Source: Proteromonas lacertae
Taxonomy: Eukaryota
Length of the DNA stretch: 20,000 nt
Direction: 5' to 3'
NCBI GenBank assembly: GCA_002245135.1
Contig: NGBS01000333.1
Coordinates: 47,494-67,493, forward strand
Part shown: positions 10,022 through 18,444 of the stretch, one piece after another
Position numbering within the stretch: the stretch's first letter is position 1
How the letters are laid out: each line of letters begins with the position of its first letter
Position numbers and translations under genes: made by a program
Notes under the pieces: generated by a model
Told to the model about the DNA's origin: nothing
Databases searched by the model: none
Seen by the model: the letters and a program-made list of their open reading frames with translations, nothing else

Positions 10022-13000
10022 ATGAAATCTATCTTATTCATTACTTGTTTTCTGCTCTTACTCTTGTCAAACGCAGGAGCTGCTTCTCTTGATGGTCTTA
10101 CTGACTCAGTTGAAGTGAAAGATGGAATTGCTAGGCTTTTAAAACCTATCCAGATTGAGATGACTAATCCGAATCAGTTTGCACTTGATGGAATAACTGG
10201 TATTATTGGTAATGGTACTAATACTTTGATTACACTTAAATACACTGTTGATGATACTATAATTCAATCATACTCTTTGGGTTTACGACTATTTAATGGA
10301 GGTATTGTTGAAGGATTTAAGTTATACAATGTTGCTTTTCGCATAGAAGTAGATGATCATCTTTTAACAAACCCTGAAGATATTATCTTTACACAATGTG
10401 GTATTATTGATCCAGGTGTTAAAGTTGATTTTGTAGATGTGACAGTACAAATTGCTTCAAGCATAAAACTAGCTTGTAATAACAATAATAATGTTGGTAT
10501 ATTAACAAATGAAGTAGCTGCTGGTAGTAAATTACGTGGTGTTGGTGTTATATTAAAGGGTGAAAGTAGTCCTGTTACAGTAACTGTGTCTATGATTTCT
10601 GGGAAATATTTTGGATTTATAAGTGGATATTATCATTCTACCTATGATTTAGATCCTCAATCTAATAACAATATTGTATCTGTATCAGAGAATTTATTCG
10701 TTACAGGTGATAATGTAATAGTGGAAGATGGTACTTCTCAAAGTTATTTTGGTAATATATTTGGCTTACATGAAGGACAAACATACAACAATTATGTTGA
10801 TTTGAACAGTTTAATCATTAAGTCAAGTAATATTTATGTTGGTGGACTATATGGAAATGTAGATTCATTTGCACGAGGTTTAACTGAAAATAGCAATGCA
10901 TATGGTTCTTCATTTACATCAATTGAGAATAATCTATTTAACATAAGAACTGAATTATCTATGATAAACAATATAAAATTTGGAGGTATTGTAGGATATA
11001 TGCAAGCTCCAAGCATTTCCAGTTGTTTTGTACAAATGAAGATCAAAACTGCTTTTCCATCAGGAACTAATTTTGGTGGATTAACTGGTGCAAGTACTAG
11101 TAATTCATTTAAATTAGATAAAAGTGGAGTGATTATACTAACAAGCGGTAATTTTGCTGTATCAAATCAAGGTAATTTTGGCTACTTTATGTATTCATCA
11201 GGTACTGGTTCAATTTATAATTCTTATGCATATGTTGATGGTGTTGAAAGTCAACAAATGAAAGCTGTTGGTGGTGGAGTAACAATGACTATGGGAAATG
11301 GTGTTGTTATATATGGTAATGGAATTTTTGAAACTAACAAAAATGCATATGTTAATAAAGCTGATGGTGATTATATTGAAAAAATAAACAATATATTAAA
11401 AGATAATTTCTATTTATCATCTGAAATTGTTGGTAATGAAAGAATTCCAATATTTGTTCAACCAAATATGCCACTTATTACTAGTGATGGTTTATTAGCT
11501 AATAGTTCATTCAGTAAATACATAGAATTAGATGGAAGTAGTAAAATCCCAGAAATGAGAAGTGGAATGAATATCTCATTTGATATTGGTTCAATAGTTG
11601 ATAATACAGTAAATAGTGCTCAAGTTTATATAAGTTTAAATGTTACACCAAGTAAAGATGTAACAATAAATCCAGTCTTATCATCAAGAATTACAACAAG
11701 TGATATCAATTACAATAAAGTATTTAACCAATACAACATGAAACAAGATTATGCCATTACATTTGATAAAAGTGGAGATAGTATAAGTGAAGAATCCTTT
11801 TCATTGAGTATGAAAAGTGATGATTTATTTTATTCATCTGCACAAGTTCCAACATACAAATTCACAATCTATCCCAAAGAAGTAAATTGTAAAGTAGGTG
11901 AAGAATGTTTAATTCCAATAAGAGGAATATCTTATCCCTTAGTTCATTACAATGTGAGTGTTAATAATGAAATAATTAGTGAATTGAATTATGTATATAC
12001 TGATAGAGGTGATTTCTTTGCGAAAGTAACAATTCCTAGTTCAATTCAAAGTGAAGAAATTTTAGTGAAGATAATAGTAGGTGTTAATCCATATTATGTT
12101 GATTATTATAAGAAAGAATTTGAATATCAATTCCATCAAGAAGTATTTAATGATTTGTCAATAAAAACTGCAAGATTTGTATCTGCTTCTGCAATCGAAG
12201 TAGAATTTGAAGAAGAAATCAAATCAGGTATAACAACCAAAGAAGATGTATGTAGTTCAATATTAAAGAATACTAATTTAGGTTCAAATGCAAGATGTTT
12301 CTTAAGTGAAAATGATAGTAAGAAGATGATGATTACCTTATCTAATGATGCAACAATTTTGCCAAGTGAGTCATCTGAGTGTGTGGAAGGAGATGTATAT
12401 GATAATACCTTACAATTTATTGAAAGCTCATTACAAAGTGATAAAGAATCATGTGAAAGGTTGTATAAATGTAAAATATGGAGTAGTGATTGAAACAAGA
12501 GCAATAATTGAAGGTGGAAATTCAATAGGCTGTTATGATAATATAATATTAGATGGAAGTAAATCAATAGGAGATGGTAAAAGAGACTTAAAATATGAAT
12601 GGTCTTGTTCTGATGATAAACAAACTCCAACATTAATTGAAGCAATAACAAATGCCAATATAAAGAATGATAAAAAGATTGAATTAACTCCAGGAATGTT
12701 TTCTTCAAGTGGTGATTATGAATTTAAGTTGAAAGTAAAATCTCCATTAAATAAAGATTATAGTGAAGAAGTCTCTCATACTGTTCATTCTGAAGATTGT
12801 GATGTTCCATTTAAGGGTTATATTGAATTTGTTAATCCTACTACTAATCCAGTTGATTTTGGTACTTCTGTAACTATTAAAACCGCTGGATGGAAACAAA
12901 AGACTTCATCAAAATCATCTGAAGAAATAGAATATGAATTTATGGCAACAGTTGATGGTAATAATTATTATTTACAAGATGGTTTTAAAAGTGAAGCTAA

Positions 13001-16000
13001 TTACACAGGTATATTACCAATGGGTGAAGTAACAATAACAGTGTTTGCCAAAGGAAGTAATGGTCAAATTGGTTCAACAAATAAAACACAAGATGGAAAT
13101 GAAGCTAAAATTAACATTAAGAGAATTAATGTTAATGATAAAGCACAATTAGTTCAAAATACAAAAGAAAAATTAGATACTTTGCAAAGTAGTTCCCAAG
13201 TATTTACCTACATTGGTTCAGTATCTAAAGAATTAAATCGAAATTGTAAAGTTGAAACTTGTATTCATGGAACATGTGATAGTAATAGACAATGTAAATG
13301 TAATGATGATTATTATGGTGAGAGATGTGAAAATCACAAACCAGTTGACTGTAGTAATTGTAAACCTGTAGAAGTATGTAGTGGAGATTGTGGAAGTGTA
13401 GAATGTCATAGTTATAATAAATGTGAAACAATGCCTCAATATGGAGGAAAAGAATGTGAATATAATCCTCAAACATACACCAAACATTAAAAGAATGTTC
13501 AAATGAAGGAAATGTAAAAGGTGAATGGAGTAAATGGATAGAATCAGAATGTAGTGCTGAATGTATAAACTTCAATGGTTTAGAAGTTAAAGGTAAAATG
13601 ATTCGATCTAGAAAATGTGAGAATGGTAAAAAATGTGATGGTGAATGGTTTGAAATAGTTGATTGTTATAAAACTTGTGAAGCTCCATCAAAATTATGTC
13701 CAGGTGAATATCTTGACAATGATGGTAATCGACATGGTAAAGCATGTAGTGATCATGGTGACTGTAAAAAGACTGATACTAAATGTAAAGAATATGATTT
13801 GAACTGTTATACAAAATGTGAATGTCTATCTGGTTATTATGGTTCAAATTGTGAATTTAGTAATGAAACAGATAGTGAAAATGTAATAAAATTAAACAAT
13901 CAATTTATGAATTATACTGAAACAGCAAGTGAAAGTTCAAATTCTCACGAACAAAAATCATTTGTGATTGAAAGTTTATTAGAAAATGAATCAATGTTAG
14001 ATGAAGAAATAGTGAAGAAATCATTAAAATTAGTAAATTCATCAATAAAATCTTTATCATCATCATCATCATCAGTAAGAATCGATAGTTTATCATCCTA
14101 TTTGAAGAGTATATCCTCGATGGTTCGATTTGAAAAGAAAGAAGAAATGTTTAATAAAAGAAGAATCTTAGTTGATGAAGATAAAAGTGTGACAAGTGAA
14201 GCAAAGAATTTAGTAGATGAAATCTCCAAGAGTTATTCCAAGAATGTAAAAGGAAATGAGCAAGAGGAAGAGATTAAAATGGAGAATGATATATTTGATA
14301 TAAAATTATTAAAATGCAATAAGAATAAAGATGGTGTGATAAATACTTCAAGTGGTTCTGTTGATTTGAGTAATTATAATACAAATAAACGACTATTATC
14401 TGGCGAAATAGAAGATAAATCGTCAATCGAGATAGTAGAATGGAAAGATAATGCAATAAAAGAAATGGAAAATGAAAATATAACGAGTGGAACTTTAACA
14501 ATTTCAATAATAAAAGAAGATGGTAAAAATGAAGAAGTTGAAAATTTAAATGATCCAATATACTTTACTCAACGAGTATCGAATGATGTTGCATTAAAAG
14601 ATGTGGAATGTACCTATTATGATCCTGAAACGAAGAAATTGAGTAGTAAAGGTGTTTATGTATATAATATCGAAAGAACTTCCAGTGTGACAATTGTAAC
14701 CTGTGGTGCAATTCATTTAAGTGATTTTACAATTCGAAATAATAAAATCATTCCAAAAATGAATATAGTAAATCCAATAAGTGATGCGAAGTTATTAGGA
14801 AATTATGATTCTAGTAATATGATTGTTCCAATCATCTTAGGTTGTGTATTATTGTTATGTGCTTTATCTTGGAGTTATACCAAATATCGAGATAATAAAG
14901 AAAAATCTATAATAAAAGAAAGGAAAGCTGATCAATTCTTGAATGTAGGTGTATTGGATGAGAAAGTAGCTGAAAATACATTGAAGAAGAATATTGAAGA
15001 AGAGAAAGTAAATTTCTTAGTTCGATTCTGGTTAGATTTAAAAGCTGAACATAGTTGGTTATCTCCAACATTAAAGCCAGTAAATGGAATAGTAGTAATA
15101 ACTCGAAGTCAACGAATCTTATGTTTAACATGTCAATTAATGACATCCACCGCAGTGAATGCCTTATTCTTCTCTAGTGATGCTGAGAATGTAGCTCAAT
15201 TAATCTCAACTTCAATAATCTCTACATTATGTATGTTACCTTGTACTTTAATAATTCCTTGGTTATATAAATATGCGAATGGTTGTACATCAAAGACAAT
15301 AAAAGGTAAAGGCAAATGGTATAATTTGAGTTTCTTGAAGAAGAGATTAGATTATATATTACATAATAATGTAAGTAATCCAACCTTAACTCGAATGAAG
15401 ATAGGTTTATTAGGTGGATGTTTTGTATTATTCTTCTTCAGTTTAATATTCTACATCTGTGTATTATGTATAATGCCATTTGGACCTCCATCCTTGATAT
15501 TTACTGTTGTATTGATTTTATTAATAATCGAATCAATCTTTACTTTTATCAGTGTAAATTCTTTCAAGAAAACTCCATTTATTTACTTATTTGTTTGTGA
15601 CTTAATACTATTTGTATTATGTCTGGTATGTTTTATTTACAGTATATTAGTAACATTTGATAATAATGGAAGTATTCATTCTTTATGGAAATCTTTGACG
15701 AAATCAGTAGGAACAAAAGAATTAATAATTTATATCGAAGATAATCTCGAATGTTGTGGTTATAAAAGTGTAGATGATTATAATGTTCGAAATTGTTTTG
15801 ATAATGATTATTTAGCTGTAGGAATTGATCCAATAAGTTGTTCTTCAAAATTATCTGATGCATTTAAGAAATATAATTACATTTGGATAATCTATTTTAT
15901 TGTCGGAATATTATGTTTATTAGAAAAGATGTCTTTAGAAATGTCTTACATTTGTTTCAATTTCAATAAAGTATTAAATAATCAAGATAATACTGATTTT

Positions 16001-16351
16001 GAAAATGCTGAGATAAAAGAAGCTGGAAATAAAATCTTGAATTTATTCCGAATTCGAGTAACAAAGAATAAGATTCAAAGAAAGAAAGAATATGTTGAAT
16101 GGTTAAGACAAAGAAGAATGAGAACAACGATAACAATCTGTGTAAACAGTGTAGTATTCATTTACATCGTGTTTATGGTGTATATCAACTTATTATATGG
16201 AGTAAAATTTGCATCTCAACAAGCTAACAGTTGGATAATATCTTCTGCAATTTCAATGGCAATCGATGTATGTATTCAACAACCAGCCTTGATTTTATTG
16301 AACTCTGTAGCTGCTTCAACTATGGGTGCGATAGTAAACTTCGCTTCATAA
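10022..16351 (+). CDS. Polycystin-1/REJ-GAIN(GPS)-like multi-pass surface receptor, ~2109 aa, interrupted by two single-base frame changes
   Basis: Signal peptide MKSILFITCFLLLLLSNAGA; GLUG-like repeats (VGGLYG, FGGIVG, FGGLTG); REJ motifs (ILDGSKS..DG.RDLKYEWSC, GDYEFKLKV, LPMG); EGF and TSP1-like Cys domains; GPS motif ending TCGAIHL/SDF; PKD1-type membrane motifs (EHSWLS, TRSQRI.C, VNALF, LYG.KF.....SW..S...S...D..IQQP). ORFs 9974, 12345 and 13598 are collinear pieces of one protein. Confidence 0.82.
14609..14728 (+). other. GPS autoproteolysis motif (HL/S at 14714-14722)
   Basis: CTYYDPETKKLSSKGV...VTCGAIHLSDF, located about 30 residues before the first TM segment. Confidence 0.85.
15401..15960 (+). 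other. Tetraspanin-like domain within the polycystin-like protein
   Basis: Three closely spaced TMs, then a large loop with IEDNLECCGY plus two further Cys (the last about 11-13 aa before the next TM), then a fourth TM with a polar Glu. Confidence 0.72.
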
Positions 16352-16534
16352 GTTTACAAATTGCGAGTTATTTGTTCATTTATTGAACATTTAACTTTTA
16401 TCTTTCAATATTCTGAATTATATTCTCATACTATATTAAAATTGTTTTATGGGGTTTGAAAATATTTTTGAAATAGAATACTTTAATTTGATTGGTTAGA
16501 ATTGAAAAGAATTTTGAGTTTTTTTTCATCTGAA

Positions 16535-17439
16535 ATGAAACCTTTTACACGTGTAGCTACTCACGCAGGTTCATGGTATGAAGGTAATCCTAATAGGTTA
16601 GGACCATTTATCAAAGGTATTAAATTTGAAATTCATTTCTAGATCTTGTGAAGCAGTGGGAAAATGGTAATAAATCTAATGTAAAGGCTGTAATTGGACC
16701 ACATGCTGGTTATAGATACTGTGGAAAAACACTTGCAGCAGCGTATTCTCAAATCAACCCTGAGAAGATTGATACAATTTTTTTAATGGGTCCTAGTCAC
16801 TATAAATATATTAAACATTGTATGCTTAGTAGAGCTGAAGCCTTTCAAACTCCATTGGGTGATATAAAGGTTAACAATGACATTGTTGATAAACTGATTA
16901 CTACATCTCTATTTAAATATTTAGATCGTGATGATGATGAAGAAGAGCATAGTTTAGAAATGCATTGCCCATTTATCAAATCTGTTATGGGAGATCATGA
17001 ATTTCAATTGGTTCCTTTTCTTGTAGGTGATTTATCATGGGATGAAATGATAAATGTTTCAAAAGTATTAAAACCTTACTTTGAAAAAGAAAATGTCTTG
17101 TTTGCCATTAGTTCAGATTTCTGTCATTGGGGTAAAAGATTTAGATATACTCATTACAATAAAGAGGATGGTGAAATATGGCAATCTATTGATAAATTAG
17201 ATCATGAAGGATTAAAGGCCATATCTACATTAAATCCAAAAGTCTATCGTGATTATGAAGACGAAACACAGAATACTATATGCGGTAGAAATCCTATTAC
17301 TTTATTACTTCATTGTATTGAAAATTCTGATTTAAAGGGCAGTGTAAATTTTAAATGTATGGATTATTCACAATCAAGTCAAGTGGTTGATATGAATGAT
17401 TCTTCTGTAAGTTATGCTGGTTCAATATTTACTGTTTAA
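16535..17439 (+). CDS. MEMO1: Protein MEMO1, 292 aa, copy 2
   Basis: ATG at 16535; 26-nt GT-AG intron 16617-16642. Protein identical to copy 1 (three synonymous differences seen). Confidence 0.95.
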
Positions 17440-17573
17440 ATTAATGACTATTTTGTATTTTATATTTTTACTTTTTTTTTATAAATGAATAATAAAACGA
17501 AAATAAAATATGTAATATTAATGAAATTAGTTAATAAAGGATAATGTAGTAATAAAAATAAAAATGAAAAAAA

Positions 17574-17645
17574 GGGCTCAGCCGGGAATCGAACCCGGGA
17601 CCTCTCGCACCCAAAGCGAGAATCATACCACTAGACCACTAAGCC
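17574..17645 (-). tRNA. tRNA-Pro: tRNA-Pro(UGG), copy 3
   Basis: Identical 72-nt sequence; followed by T7. Confidence 0.97.
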
Positions 17646-18089
17646 TACATCAAATTTATTGAAAAACTCTGCATATAAATCCCTAACAATACTTATTCAA
17701 TTTTAATTTTTAGTTATGAAATACATAATATTTTGTTTATAATTTGAGAAATAAAGGAAATGAAAATTCTATTATTTTATACTAGATGATAATAAAGATA
17801 ATAAGTATTTTATAATGGATTTCTATGTATAGACAAAAAATCATTTACAAAAGGTAAAATATGAAGATTATGTTATATTACAAATAATAGATAAAGATGA
17901 TAAAAACTTAAAATTAATATTCTGAATGACATTGTGTAAATATTATCATCTAGTATAAAATAATAGTATTTTCATTTCCTTTATTTCACGAATTATAGAC
18001 AAAATATTATGTATTTCATAACTAAAAATTAAAATTGAATAAGTATTGTTAGAGATTTATATGCAGAGTTTGTCAATAAATTTGATGTA

Positions 18090-18161
18090 GGCTTAGTGGT
18101 CTAGTGGTATGATTCTCGCTTTGGGTGCGAGAGGTCCCGGGTTCGATTCCCGGCTGAGCCC
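18090..18161 (+). tRNA. tRNA-Pro: tRNA-Pro(UGG), copy 4
   Basis: Identical 72-nt sequence; followed by T7. Confidence 0.97.
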
Positions 18162-18295
18162 TTTTTTTCATTTTTATTTTTATTACTACATTATCTTTTA
18201 TTAACTAATTTCATTAATATTACATATTTTATTTTCGTTTTATTATTCATTTATAAAAAAAAAGTAAAAATATAAAATACAAAATAGTCATTAAT

Positions 18296-18384
18296 TTAAA
18301 CAGTAAATATTGAACCAGCATAACTTACAGAAGAATCATTCATATCAACCACTTGACTTGATTGTGAATAATCCATACATTTAA
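18296..18384 (-). pseudogene. MEMO1: Duplicated 3' fragment of MEMO1
   Basis: Mirror of 7016-7104; reverse complement of 17351-17439. Confidence 0.92.
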
Positions 18385-18444
18385 GGATATTATAAGCAAT
18401 AAAAGAAAGAAAATAAAAAATAAAATAATTAAAGTTTATACTAT

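Larger units (their letters stand above)
17351..18384. repeat. Inner inverted repeat 2: 444-bp arms (17351-17794 / 17941-18384) with 146-bp core (17795-17940)
   Basis: The arms are reverse complements (coordinate sum 35735) with about 7 mismatches seen. Confidence 0.96.

Noticed and set aside
12451..13500. Euplotes-type AAA-TAR programmed +1 frameshifting
   Set aside because: Neither site has AAA directly followed by a stop codon, and the second shift is -1.
9535..15863. Short alternative-frame or antisense ORFs over the receptor gene and its duplicate
   Set aside because: Low-complexity shadow ORFs; their duplication is explained by the inverted repeat.
16349..16380. Blastocystis-type polyadenylation-created stop codon / TGTTTGTT motif
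   Set aside because: All complete genes have encoded stops; only a degenerate TATTTGTT follows the receptor gene, which is not significant in AT-rich DNA.
16491..16495. Inverted CCAAT box (ATTGG) about 40 bp upstream of the MEMO1 ATG
   Set aside because: A single 5-mer cannot be supported without transcription start data.
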